Of a DNA stretch of 64,000 bases, positions 1-16,636 are shown one piece after another. Origin of the DNA: the human T2T-CHM13v2.0 reference genome, Homo sapiens; assembly GCF_009914755.1 (NCBI RefSeq), contig NC_060937.1. One strand, written 5' to 3'. The position numbers and the translations under genes are program-made. Each line of letters starts with the position of its first letter. The stretch's first letter is position 1. The notes under the pieces are model-generated. The model was not told the origin of the DNA, made no database searches, and saw nothing but the letters and a program-made list of their open reading frames with translations.

Positions 1-1105
1 ATCTCTTCCTAGGCACATTCTCCAATCCATCACCACCTCTACCTGCTACATCAAGCAAGAACTATACAACATTCTTTCTCCTCATCTCTTAAAATCTCTA
101 TTTTCTAGATGACCAAGGTTGCATCATGCTGGTATATAACCAAAATCAATATGGGCTCCACACATTCCACCTTAGACATTTTTTGCTCCATGAGTCTGAG
201 TTGCTCTGGTGATTAAAAGCCTTTAGGTTATTTAAAACCAGAAGGGATTAATGGTGCTCTACACTCCCATGTAAATAATTACCAATGGAAAAATACTGGT
301 CAGATTGTTGGCATGGGAGTCAGCACTCTTCCTCCCCGTTTCTTTTTCCCTTCAAGTAGGGACACATCCATTAGTATAACATTCTCAGTTCTTCTTCATC
401 CATCCAATAACCCCTCCCTGAAAAGAAGAATGACATGTGATTAGTGAGTTTGGAAGAAAAAACTTGTCATGTAGAACACTAAGCCTTTTGTTTTTTCGTT
501 CTTCTTGAGAGAGGCTATCTGTAGGGAAGCCTTCTGTGCTTGTCCAGAGTAGCTTCTGGCTGTGAAAGGAAGAAGTGAAGATTTCCCAGTCATTCCATTA
601 CTGCTGGTTGAATAAGACTGTCTAACTCTGTGGTTCAATAGCAGGAAGGCCAAGAGAAGCTACTTTACAAACGAATGATTACAAGATAATGATTTGCATG
701 TAATGCAATTATCAGTTTCTTAAAAAATCTGCTTTAGACCATTTTGAAAAAAATTGCCAACTTTTAAAATCTTTTTTTCTTAGTATCTATACATGTATAG
801 AAATAAGCCATTTGAAATGTGTTGCTTAAATAAAATCAAAAGAAACTGCTAAAAGATTTTACTTCTTTTTTTCTGAGATTTTATGTTGAAGAAATAGCCA
901 CATCTCTAGGAGTTAAAGACCTCTGAAAATAGGTACAGAAATAAGACTTTGGGATGTCCTGAAACTTCATTTGACCTGGGCTAGTCAGAAGTTGGAGATG
1001 CCTAGAAATGCCATCTGGTAAAAGAACTCACTGTGCTTTCACAGCAATGTGCAGTTACTGGCCTGCTACCTGACAAATGCAGAAGACAATGGATGTGAAT
1101 GGTGT

Positions 1106-1158
1106 CAGGGCAAGAGTCGTGTCCATTTTACAGGGCAAGAGTCGTGTCCATTTTACAG
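1106..1158. repeat. Perfect 25-bp tandem duplication
   Basis: cagggcaagagtcgtgtccatttta at 1106-1130 and 1131-1155, followed by cag. Confidence 0.95.
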
Positions 1159-4100
1159 CAGACTCCTGCTATATGCCTGGCGGCACTACACAAAAGTCCA
1201 GCAGATAGCTTACAAAAATTCCAATCTTCACAACAGAGCTGGGAATGGCCACAGAGGATTAAAAATAGCTTTCTTCCCTTTAGAAGATTAAAAATGAAAA
1301 GTACGATGGTCCACACGTGGCCCTCACCCTGGACAGCTATTGGAAGTAAAGCACATTTGTTAGGACTTGACGCAATGAAAGGATGTTTACTCCTGCAATG
1401 GGGAAAATACTGCTGGGCCTCCTTATCTGTGCAAATGTCTTCATATAGTTTAAGTCTTACATGTTTTATGTATATTAAAGATGTTCCTTTCCTTTGCTTT
1501 TATCTATAAGACCTTTCCATCAGTCACAGTAACTGACATTACACTAAGTTCTGCATTTTAGTTAAAAAAAAGGTAGTTACTTCCTTAAGAATAATTTTTG
1601 TAGAAGCATTTAAGGAAGAATATAAATCTTGTAAAATAGTTTACTGTGCTTTTCTCCTTAAAAGGGAGCTTCCTTCTCTATATTAAATTGACAATAAAAT
1701 GGAGAATAACTGGAGAGTAACTAACTTTAGCAAACTTGTAGTGACATTACTTTGCATCACATGCATAAATTGAGATGTAATTCCCTTCAGAATCATTAAC
1801 AGACTAGATAAAATAATAAATCATGTGTGGTGGAACCCAGTTTTACTGCAGTTCAATAATGAGCTAAAGTCATAACCTTGCACACTCCCAGCAATTGTAT
1901 TAACTATAGCAATACAAAGTCTGATATATATCATAGTCACTAGGAGTGAATTTGTCTCCTGTTTTAAAATGATGGATCTATAAAGTATTTTAAAATATAT
2001 ATTTATTTTTGTTTTTAGATTAGGTAGCCATTTACATGCTTTTTATGTTAAAATACGTAAGGCCATTTAGCCTAAGGAAAAAAATAAATAATTGCGGGTT
2101 GTGGTATGTTAGAAGTAGATGGTCACTTCTTTTCAAGCATTAAGTGACACTAAAAATTATAGTCAATATAACTATAATATCGTCAAAAACATTAACATTT
2201 TTTGTTAGAACAAAATATGCTACTTATTCTCGGTTATTCAGCAAAATGTGGTTTTTCATATGTGGATAAATTAACTTCTTAAAATATTCAACTGTGAAAA
2301 TAAAGAAGGCCAACCATTTCCTTAATGGATGAAACCTGGCCCTGTTGCTGAATGATTGCTACTTTTAAAAGAGACAAAAAGTCTCCTTGGCAGTGGCCAT
2401 TATACAGAGTGTTATTTACATCACCTGAAAGCCATCGCGATACAAGATGGTTAGGTTTTTTTGTAAGAAATTGATTTCACCATAAAAATATCAGTTGTAA
2501 AAAAAAAAAAAGGGAAAATCCCTTTCTGTGAAATGCGACATGAAATTTTCTCACTCTACTGTTTTGTCTCTTCTCCCCATTAACGAGGATACATTTTATT
2601 TAAATTTTAATAAATTTTATTTAAATAGAGTAAATTTTATTTAAATACAATGAGATAGTAAGTACATATAACAGATTGAATACTCTTACTTTTCAACTCT
2701 GAAATTTTCCTTTGTTATCATCAATATACTATTTTTATCTAAGAGAAAAGTACGTAAATGACATTTAGTGATTTTTTTTTAAACTTCCTGGCAAAGCAGT
2801 ACAGCTTCTTCACACTCAATGTGGTTGAGAATTTATTATCTTTTGCTCCTCTAATCCCATCCTAGGAAACATATTGTAGAGCATATATCTAGTACTATGT
2901 AAAAATAAAAGTCCTAGGAAGTACCTATGTAAAATTTTCCTCTTTCTCACTCATGATTTTGAAATCAATACTAGTATTCAAATATTGTTTTTCATCATAA
3001 TCAAATATCATAAATTACATATTATTAATATTCAACCCTTCCAAATACACTCAGCAATCCTAAAACTGTAATCATTGCAGTGCATTAGCTTCCATTCTGG
3101 AATTTCTCATCTTCTTGTTTTATTTTGTCATTTAAATGATCTCAGGTAAGAAAAGCTATTTTTAATAAATGGGAAAGAAATGAAATTCTAGGTTAAGTGA
3201 TATTCACAGGCGACTGTTTCTTGGAGTTTGAAATTTTAACCTTTAAGATTAGACCATGTTCAAGCAACAGTGAAAGATGATGATATATTGTAATTTATAA
3301 TTTTGTTAAGCACACATTTGAATTACCTGCAGTTAGGTAGGTATCCAAAAGTGAGTCATTTAGCAAGTACGTCAGATTCATTTAAGGTTCAGCATCAACT
3401 TCTCTACATAGTTTTCATATTTTTCTTTTCTTATAATATACTGGTGATAGGAATCAGTGCTATTTGTCCTCTTAGTTACCCTGTGATCCCTGGATACCCT
3501 AGAAATGACAGAGATAACCTGACACGCAGACTCCTAGGAACATTTTTTGACCTCTTGCCATCATGGGTATAGGGAATGCAAAGGACATAAAGTTTTCATA
3601 TTAGAAAATTCCTTTTATGTTCTCTAGTCTCCAAAATGATAGCCATCAAATTAACAGTTATTAATAGATGTTTAGTATTCCAAACAATTTCTTTCTCAGT
3701 CTCTTCTTAACACACTATTAAATACAGCTAACCCTATTAATGTTCTAGAACGCACCTGAGTATTTCTGGCATCTTTCTATCAAAGTGAGGTAATAGTATT
3801 TAAAAATGTGTAAAAGGTAAAGTTTGCATATCTATTTTGTTATGTAATACCATGATCTACAGGAAAAAAACCTATAAACATATTTCAAAAATACTTCAGC
3901 CATTGCCTAAGTTCTTATTGAGAGATAAAACTTTAGTGAAGCATAAAATGGCAGTGAATTTATGGTGTGAGAATATGTTCAAGAAAAAACTATCCCTATC
4001 TTTTCTTAATTCCCTGCCAGGTCATAGATTTTCTGAAGTCAAGATATGTTATTATATTTTAGAATATCCACGATACCTCTGACACCAAAGTGTTGTTAGT

Positions 4101-4229
4101 ATAGTGGACCCTTGGTGGTTTTTATTCCCTATCTTTCTACTCCTCCCCACTTCTTCAAAGGCATGTATAAATGAATAGTCTTCAGTACAGTATTCTATCT
4201 ATAAAGTCAATTTATATAGCAATTGACAC

Positions 4230-6880
<2,651 letters not shown>

Positions 6881-6932
6881 TAATTTTTTTTCTATTATTT
6901 TTGAACTAGATATTTAAATATTTACCCATTTT

Positions 6933-7823
6933 GTATGACACTCGACTAAAAAGCTTCTACGTAGCAAAGGCAACAACAAATAAAAGAGACAATCTATGGA
7001 ATGAGAGAATATATTTGCAAACCATATATCTAATAAGGGATTAATATCCAAATATATAAGAAACTCAAACAATAGTAAGAAAACAAATAATCCAAATAAC
7101 AATTGAGCAAAGGGCTTGAATAGACGTTTCTCAAAGTAAGACATACAAATGAACAAGTTTATGAAAAAAAAAGTTCAACATACTAGCTATCAGGGAAATA
7201 CAAATTGAAACCACAAAGAAATATCACCTCTCACCTGTTAGAATGACCGTGAACAAAAAGGCAAATGATAAGAGTTTGTCAGGATGTGGAGAAAAGGGAA
7301 CACTTGTACTCTGTTACTGGGCATGTAAATTAGTGTGGCCGTGATAGAAAACAGTATGGAGATTCCTCAAAGCATTAAAAATAGAATTACTATATGATCC
7401 ACCAATCTCACTACTGGGTATATATGCAAAGGAAATAAAATCAGTACGTGGAAGAGATATCTGCACCCTCACAAACTCATAAGAACAGAGAGTACAATGA
7501 TGTTTGCCAGAGGCTTGGGTTGGGGCATGTGGGGAGATATTTGTCAAAGAACACAAAATTTCAGTTAAGAGGAATAAGTTCAAGAGATCTGTCATACTTC
7601 ATGGTGACTACAGTTAAAAACAATATATTGTATATTTGAAAACTGCTAACAGAGTAGATTTTAAGTGTTCTTACCACACACAAAAATGCTAAGTATGTAA
7701 AGTAATGCATATATTAAGTAACTTGATTTAGCCATTTCACAATGTATATGTACATCAAAACATCATGTTGTGCACCATAAATATATGTACAATTGTTACT
7801 TGTTCATTAAGATTTTTAAAAAA
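6933..7823 (+). mobile_element. 5'-truncated L1MA-type (about L1MA8/9) 3' end
   Basis: ORF2 C-terminal and 3'UTR motifs (gagtagattttaagtgttcttaccac). Perfect 18-bp TSD taaatatttacccatttt at 6915-6932 and 7824-7841. Confidence 0.9.
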
Positions 7824-8080
7824 TAAATATTTACCCATTTTAGTTTCTCATTTTAATATTGAGATCTCCAAGATGTTTATATATTCTAAAAATAAGCCCT
7901 TTGTTAGGTGTGTAATATATATTTTTCTAACTATTACTTTATATTACTGTGCTTAAGTACAAATGGAAAGACACAACCAAGAAGTTCTGCTTTATTTCAG
8001 AAAATGTTTCGATATGCTGACAAATAACTAAGAACGCTGACATATTTGGGTCCAAACTGAAAGAAAGAATGGGTTCTGCT

Positions 8081-8157
8081 GCTGCAGTTCATCTCCAGCA
8101 ATAACACAGAACAATGGTGCGCCGCAGTTCATCTCTAGCAATAACACAGAACAATGG
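8081..8157. repeat. 40-bp period tandem duplication
   Basis: gc(t/c)gcagttcatctc(c/t)agcaataacacagaacaatgg at 8081-8117 and 8121-8157, with 2 mismatches. Confidence 0.95.
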
Positions 8158-8468
8158 CGAGTACAAGCAATGCTAACTCTGGAACAGAACTGGCAGTGAT
8201 CGGATAATCGGCTCTCTTCTCTGAAGCTAGAATATCAGGTGAAATAAATGGCTTTAAAAAATGTTTAAATATATATGTATATATATATATACACACACGG
8301 AAGCAATATAACTTAGGGTATATATTATATAATTATATAATTTTTCACTATTCTATGAATTACTTTTCATTAATAAAGTCTTTTAGTATGTTGAGTATTT
8401 TTTCTTATTGATATATTTGTTTTGTGTAAGAAGTCTTTATATATTTGTTTGAGTGTGTCTTTCTATAG

Positions 8469-8801
<333 letters not shown>

Positions 8802-9330
8802 TATTGTGTATATTCTATTCTATATAAGGGAGTGTCTATTTCTGGACAAATGTTTCCTGTTCCATTACCCTACAATTTTGACCTTATGCCAACTGTTCAT
8901 TATTTTGATTATTGTAACTATACAGTAAATCTTAACTATGCAGTGTAATGTTATCTAATTTGCTTTTTAAAAATAATTTTGTCTACTTTAAAAAATTTTA
9001 TTTTTTAAGTAATTTTGTCTAACAGTGTGTCAAATAGTATGAAGAAGCCTCCTGAAATTTGATTGATCCTATAACAATATTGATATTTTCAATCCAGGAA
9101 CATAGTTTTTCTATTTACTTAGATCTTTTAAAAGTTCTCTCAATATTATTGTATAGTTTAGGTGTATGGATTTGTATAAACTAGATTAAGTCTGTCCTTT
9201 AATATTTTATATTTTTGCTGTATTTTAGAAATTTTATTTTCCAAATTTTCTTGCTAATATATAATAAATGCTATGGATTTTATGTAGATCTTGCATTATA
9301 TGATTTTAAAGTTGTTGCTTATTAGTTCTA

Positions 9331-9638
9331 TTTCTTCTTCTTCTTCATTATTATTATTATTAGATGACTGGTCGCCCAGGCTGTTGTGCAGTGGTACAAT
9401 CACAGCTCACTGCAGCCTCCACCTGACCTCTTGGGTTCATGATCCTCCCATCTACTTCCTCCTGAATAGCTGGGACTACAGGCGCCCACCACACTCGGCT
9501 GTTTTTTAATTTTTTGTAGAGATGAGGTCTCACTGTGTCACCCAGGCTAGTCTCAAACTCTTGGGCTCAAGCAATCTTCCTGCCTTCCCCGGCCTATCAA
9601 AGTGTTGAGATTAGAGGCATGAGCCACCACCTCTGGAC
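9331..9638 (-). mobile_element. AluJ
   Basis: Diverged antisense Alu with J-type features (cacagctcactgcagcc, gggctcaagcaatc) and a (ttc)n(att)n tail. Confidence 0.9.
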
Positions 9639-11137
9639 TTTTTCTTATAATTTTTAAAGATTTTGTGAATACACTGTAGTGTCATCCTCAAGTAAGGAAA
9701 ATGCTAATTCTTACTTTCAAATCCCTATGCTTTGTTGTTATTATTGTCTTATTGCAATGTCCAGGAATTACAGCATGTTTTTGAACAGTGAGAATAAACA
9801 CATTCATTATAGTCTCATTTTTAAAGAGTAAACATTCAATATTTCAAATTAAGAATTACCTTAGTAAAGGTGTTTTTATAATTGTTCTTCATCAGGTTGA
9901 GGAAGATACTATGTATTCCTACTTTGATAAGACTATTTTGTGAATGGCTTTTGTATTCTGGCAATGATTTTTCTACATCTTCTGAGATTATCATATGCAT
10001 TTTTTCATGTATTCTGGTCATCTTGTGAATTACATTGATCAGTCTTCAAATAATTAAATATAAGGTACAAATCCCTGTAGATATTAATATACTATCATTT
10101 TGTATGTTGCTGAGATGAATATGATTTGCTAATATTTTAAGAATTTTTACATCCATGTTCATGTTCATGATGGATATTATTCTGTAATTTTTACTTCTTT
10201 TTCAGTTTCATTTCCTTTTTCTTGTTATTTGTTTGTTAGGTTTCAGTATGGAGAAAATCTTGGCTTTCTAAAATGAGTGTGGATATGTTAATTCATTTCA
10301 TATTTTTGCAAGAGTTTGTGTTAAATTAGGATTATTTCTACTTACATTATTAATAGAATTCACCAATGAAGTCATCTGCTTCTGGAGTTTTGCTTGAGCG
10401 GAATTTATTAATTATGAATTCAATTTGTTTTTGTCTCTGTGTTCTAGATTTGGTAGTACTGGATTTCAAAAAAATCACATTTTCTCTAAGTTATGGAATA
10501 TATTGATTTCAACTATTTTCTGCTTTATTTTCCTATTCTACATATGTCTGCCATTATTTTTCTTATTCCCTTCTTTCTACTTATTTTGGCTTTAATTTGT
10601 GCTGTTTTTAAGGCTTTGAGCTATGGGGTTTTCTGATTTTTGAGCTTTCTTCTTTTTCTATTGTAACCATCTCAAGCTCTATATTTACATCCTCAATCTG
10701 CCTGGCTGCTCCCTACAAATTTCAATGTCTAGCACTTTAATTACCATTTTGTGTAAAATATTTTGTAATTTATCTTGTAATTTCTTCTTGGATCCACAGG
10801 TTATTTAAAAACATAGCGTTTGATTTATATTTTCTATGGTCCTAAATTCAGGCTCGATTAGTAAATAGTTCATGTGCATTTGAAAATGATTGTGCATTTC
10901 ACACTTAGAAGGAGTAGTATTCCATAAATATCAATGAGATGAAATTAATTGGCAGTCTTGTCTAAATGTCTTATGTCATTATTGATTTTCTGATTCTTTT
11001 CTCTTTCAATTACTCCAAGAGAAGTGTTGAAGTCTCTAACTCTATTTGTGGTCTATTTCTCATCTTTGCTTTCACATTTTGCTTCATGTGTTTCAAAGCT
11101 GTGTTGTTATTTACAGGCACATATAGAACAGTGTGTT

Positions 11138-11640
11138 TGGGAAATTCTGCAATTTGGAATGGTGTGGACAAACCTGAAGGGCATTAGGATAAGTGAAATA
11201 AACCAGGGACATAATAAACCAGGGACATAAAGGCAAATACCACATAACCTTGCGTATATGTGAAATCTAAAATAATCAAACTCGCATAAGCAGAGGGTAG
11301 AATGGTGGCCTCCAAAGGCTGGAGGAAGCAGAAAATGGGGAGCTGTTGGTCAAAGGGTACAAAGTTTCAGTTATGCAAGATTATTAAGTTCTAGAGATCT
11401 AATGTACAGCATGTGGCTATAGTTAACACAAGAATTTGTACACTTGAAATTTGCTAAAAGGGTAGATCTCAGGTGTTCTCACCACATACGGAGAATGGTA
11501 ACTATGTGAGGTGATGCATGCTTTAATTAGCTTGATTGTGGTGATCATATTGCAAGGTATATTTATATCAAAATATCAAGTTGTACACACTAAATATGTA
11601 CAATTTTTGCCAATCCTACCTCACTCAGCTAAAAACAAAC
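11138..11640 (+). mobile_element. L1MA9/L1MB-type 3' end fragment
   Basis: ggtcaaagggtacaaagtttcagttatg...gttctagagatctaatgtacagcatg 3'UTR motifs. Contains a 16-bp tandem duplication at 11197-11228. Confidence 0.85.
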
Positions 11641-11712
11641 AATAGAAGAACCATGTGTCTTTATGAGAAAATGACTGTCAACTGTGTTTCTATTACGCAG
11701 TTTCCCCAAGGG

Positions 11713-12028
11713 TTTTTTTTTTGTTTGTTTGTTTGTTTTTTTTTTTTTGAGACAGGGTCTCACTGTGTCACCCAGGCTGGAGTGCAGTGGCGTATCTCAG
11801 GTCACTGCAACCTTCACCTCCCGGTTTCAAGCGATTCTCCTGCCTCACCCTCCCGAGTAGCTGGAACTACAGGCTTGAGCCACCATGCCCAGCTAATTTT
11901 TGTATTTTTAGTAGAGACAGGGTTTCAGCGTGTTGGCCAGGCTGGTCTTGAACTCCTGACCTCAAGTGATACCCTGCCTTGGACTCCCAAAGTGCTGGGA
12001 TTACAGGTATGAGTCACTGCACCCAGCC
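11713..12028 (-). mobile_element. AluS (Sx/Sz-like)
   Basis: T-rich tail, gagacagggtctcactg...gagtcactgcacccagcc. Confidence 0.95.
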
Positions 12029-15000
12029 TGATTTTTGTTTTTAATCAAGAGTGTGTTGCCTGATGTTAATATAGCTACACCAGTTTTCTTTGTATTGGCA
12101 TTTTATACTTTTCCTTATATATTTACTCTGTACCTCTCTGTGTCTTTTTATTTAATGTTAATTTATTGAAAAAAGCATATAGTTGATTTTTTAAAAATCT
12201 ACTCTGACAATTTCAGCATTCAATTGATGTATTTGATTCACTTATTTTAAATGGAAAAGTTAACAAAGAAAGGTTACTTTCCTGTTGACAATCTGGCTAT
12301 TTATAACTTTCTGCGGTCTCTATCGAATGCTTGAGGTGTTTGACAAAGTCTCTCCTCTCTGACTAGTCAGGGCTCACATGTTTCTCTGTCTGGTAATTAT
12401 TCAATTTATAGATTATCTGTTGTTTTGTTACTTGCCAGTTGTTCTTTCCTGGCCTCAAGGGGTCTTAATCTATATAAATCAGATTTATTATTTAGTCAAA
12501 ATTTCAAGGAGACTTATGCATGTTTCTGGAGCTCTTTTTCTGCTTAGGTCCATCATTTTGGGTACTTAGCCCCCAAAATTCCAGACACCTCAGTTTTGCC
12601 ACATCCAATCTTACATCTCAGTGAAACCACTTGGCTATACTTGAGTTCGTATTTTCTAAGTTGTGTTATAGAAACTTCCTACGGGGAGAATGGAGTAGGA
12701 TCTCTAGGGCATATGCCATTAATCTGCCTTCTCTCAGGGATTACAGTTTTATATTGCCTTTTTCTACTGTTGGATACGGTGATTTCATATAGATTTTCCA
12801 ATTTTCTAGCTGTTTATGCCTGTAAGACTAACCTGGCAGAGTTACACTATATGGCAGAAGGAGAAATTCATTAAGTATATTGTATTATGATGTTTTCCCC
12901 ATTAGTAGACTATTTTACACTGTTTATCATTGTGTCAGCTACATTAAAGATGAAGACTTGTATTCCTGAGTTTTTGAGTCAGTTATTAGTCCTACCATTT
13001 CTCATGTAATGAAAATAGCTTAGAACACTGTCTCCACTTGATGTTTACCCACATTCTGTGTTTTGATTATGATGTATTTTGATATTACACATAATATAAA
13101 TCCCACTACATATAACTGTTGTTTTACACAGGTGATCATTTTTTACATTGAAAAAGATGTTCATTCTTTAATGTGCTCTTCTTTGTTATTTCTTTCTTAT
13201 TGTGCTTCCATCTTATACCTAAAGCAATATTTTAAGATGACTCTTAGTGAAAATTTGATAAGTTTTGTCAGGGTTTATTTTCTTCTGAAGTTATTTTTAT
13301 TTCTTTTCACACATGTTTTGGAGGCATATTTTAGCAGGCTATTGATTTCTGGGTATTGGCAATGTTTTAATGTAGGATCCCTACTAATGTCATTCAGTTT
13401 TCTTTTGTTTAATATTATTTCTGTGGAAAAGTCAGATGCCAATCTTATTATTGCTCCTTTAAAGGTACTGTGTCTTTTTTCATTTTTCTTCTGACTACTT
13501 TCAAGATATTCTTTCTATCTTTGGTTTTCTTTCATTTAAAGATTTTTAGATTTGCTAAGCATCTTCATCTGTGAATTGATGTCTTTCCATCAATTTGAAA
13601 AGTTATTACCTGACATCTCTTGAAACATTTCCTCATTTCTCTCTCTCTTTTCCCTCAACAGTTTCATTACACTAACCATAATACCTCATCATCATGTTCT
13701 CGGTTCATCTCAATGAATATGCTATATGTTAGCTACTGCTTTAACTACCAATTCAATAATCCTTTCATCTCTAACATATGCTTTCTTCCTAAAAAAAATT
13801 ATAACTAAAATTTCCTATATTATAATTGAAATCCAAAAGTAAAATGTTTTAAATTCACTTTACTTCTTGATTTCAGTTATATTTTCAATTTTAGAATTTC
13901 CATCTAATTATTTTCCATAAATTTCAAATACTTGGTAAAATTTTTTGATAACATTCTCCCCCATTTAACTTATTTTTCTATACTTATGAAGAATTTTTTT
14001 CAAAATACATATCTGATATCTTCAGTATCACGAGCATCTCTGTTTCAGTCTTTTAAATCTCTTTTTTCTCCTAGGTTTTCAATCATTTATTCTTGTTTAT
14101 TGGTATGCCTATTTATATTTAATTGATATTCAGACATTATTTATTAAAATCTATTTTGAGGTACTTTGATGTCACTTTGCTTCATAGAGGATGTGATTTC
14201 TAAGAGGTAGTAGAGAAGTGTCATGTTGCCTTAATAAAATTAGGTAAGAAGATCATTTAAGACTAGGTTTGAATTTTTGTGAATACTCCTGTATTAGTTT
14301 TTTCTCTTTCTAGTTTATAGCATTTTAGGAGTCTCAACTTTAATTCCAAAATTTAACTCTCCATTTCTGCGACTGGTAAGTGGTCTATTGATCTCTTTCT
14401 CGTCTCTTAGCTATTGCTTTCTGGTTACTTTATCATCTTCTAATACTATTTAACATAGGACTCAACAATACCTTCTGAAGATCAACAATGGATAATGTCA
14501 AACTCATTTCAATATGCTCCCTTTCACGCTGAGATTTGATCCCTTATTTCTTCAATCTTTGGCTATTTTTGTTGCTTTCCAGTGCTGTTTGAAGAATAAC
14601 TTTATAAAAGATTGGTTTAAGGTTGTTTTTAGTTAGGATGATTATTCTGATGAAATGCTCTATCATATTCAGAAACGAAAGTGAGATGTTTATTCTTTAG
14701 CTGTATTAACAAGTTATATATCCTCCAAATGCAAATCCATTATCATCATCTTTAATGTATACCTCATTTAAGAGATGAATTATTTAAATGTTGGTCTCTA
14801 AATTGATGAATCTAAAATTTAATCTATACTGAGTTGGAGACAGGAGGAGTATGGCCCACAAATTAGTTTGTTGAGGGATGATGTTATTAGAAAACACCAA
14901 AGCTGTGGTCATAAAATTACTGTCTTCCCTTAGATGATTATTGCTTCTAAATCTTAAATAGGTCCAGTTCTAAAGCAGGGTTTTCATCAACAAATTGTAT

Positions 15001-16521
15001 AATGATTCAATTTTAATCTTTAAAGTTATACATGTATTATAATACATAGACTTCATCTGTAAGGGACTGCATCTATATAATTTATTAGGAAAAGAGAAAA
15101 AACATTTTTAGGTTTTGTACTTATTTTTTTCAAAAAAACTATTATCAGTTTGTGTAGAAAAACATTTAAAAATTGCTATAAGATAAAACACTTAAAAATT
15201 ATTGTGAACTTGAGACCTGGTCTACAGGAGATAAATTCTACTAGATTTTGGCATCCTGGAAAAAAAGCCAAAAGCTCTAGTCTTACACAGGATGTTAAAT
15301 TAAAACAGCGATATATCATCTAAATCACAATTACTCTCATTGTTCTATACTGACAACAAAAAACTACGTATATCTTTTGTTCTTGATTAGTTTCATCTAA
15401 TATTTAGACTATATAAATAATAATCTGTATCCTTTCAAAAACCTTCAAGTCTATAAAAGAACATTTTAATTAGGTAGTTTTATTGATCAATCGGAGAAAT
15501 ATTTTAGGCACTAAGTAAGATGCTGAATTTATTTTCTGAACTGGTGCATCCTCTCAATTTTTATTTACTTGAATTGTAAGGACTATTGAGAAAATGAAGG
15601 TTTGTTACAGGGCTACTATTAATTCGGTCTGATTACCATTGAATCTTATAATCAGCTTCATATTTTAGCATGAATAACATGCAATTTTGCAGCTTGGGAA
15701 AAAACATTTGGTTTTTACATCTTTATCAACATCAACCCAAGGCTGCAAGTTACTTATTAAACAGCACAATTTGGTTTATATTCAGCTCATAAAATATAAG
15801 TTTCTCATTTCTCTATTTAAGATAATTGCCTTTCAGGGGAAAACACTATAATGTTGATATTGTATAATTCATTAGTTAAAAATAAGCAGCTATATTCACT
15901 ACAGATTCTGCAACCATAGTTTGCCAAAAACTTTTGCAATTTCCATTTTGTAATAATAAACTCCACCTGTACTCATATTAGGAAGGCAATATTTATGGAT
16001 TCCCTCTGTGGCAGATAACAGATTTAATATTTCCATATATCTTTAGGAAGAAGCTAGAAAGCCTGGTTTTCCATACATGGCAATCATCTTTTTTAACTGG
16101 TAGCATTTGTGACAGAATAAACTCCATTAACTTGTTCTATTAGTGCTCTGTGCAGTCAGCAAGATCAATGCTGCATAGAATGATGAAATGACTAACAGAC
16201 TTCCTCAGAGCCCTGCTGAGTGCTTTCTGCCACCCAGAATATATAATTACTGCTCACATAAACAGGTAGAATTTGCTATTTTATTGCTCAGGCAATTCCT
16301 GGAAATTCAAGGATGTTCTTAATTGGAGGAATAAAAATAAAATCTTTTCTCTGTGTACATACAGAGTCATTTGTATTATGTTCTATTTTATTATGAATCT
16401 TTCATATTAAAAATAAAACTGTAGGGTAAAATCTAATCCTTTTCCCCCTTATTGGCTAATATGATGACCAAACAACTTGGCACACTTAAAGAGCTTCAAA
16501 TATAAAAGATATTCTGACCAG

Positions 16522-16636
16522 ATGCCTCCCCAATGCCCGTTAGTTACTTGTCGACAGCAGAACACAAGGTGAGCAAAAAAAAACAGCATAAATGGGAGCT
16601 AATGAAGCCAGCAGACATGAGAATACTTTACAGAAT
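16522..16636 (+). pseudogene. Candidate exon of a decayed beta-trefoil-like gene (5' boundary may be 16456)
   Basis: Donor AAT|gtaagt at 16637. Open frame (D)ASPMPVSYLSTAEHKVSKKKQHKWELMKPADMRILYR ends in phase 2. The acceptor is weak or mutated. Confidence 0.3.

Noticed and set aside
3081-3152. Signal-peptide-like hydrophobic frame ending at donor CAG|gtaaga
   Set aside because: No ATG or good acceptor, contains a stop, and hydrophobicity follows from T richness.
8081-8157. Two ~37-bp direct repeats resembling CRISPR
   Set aside because: Only two copies, essentially no spacer, in a eukaryotic context; it is a simple tandem duplication.
13063-13494. 143-aa hydrophobic ORF
   Set aside because: T-rich antisense old L1 with a TTG start; the hydrophobicity is compositional.
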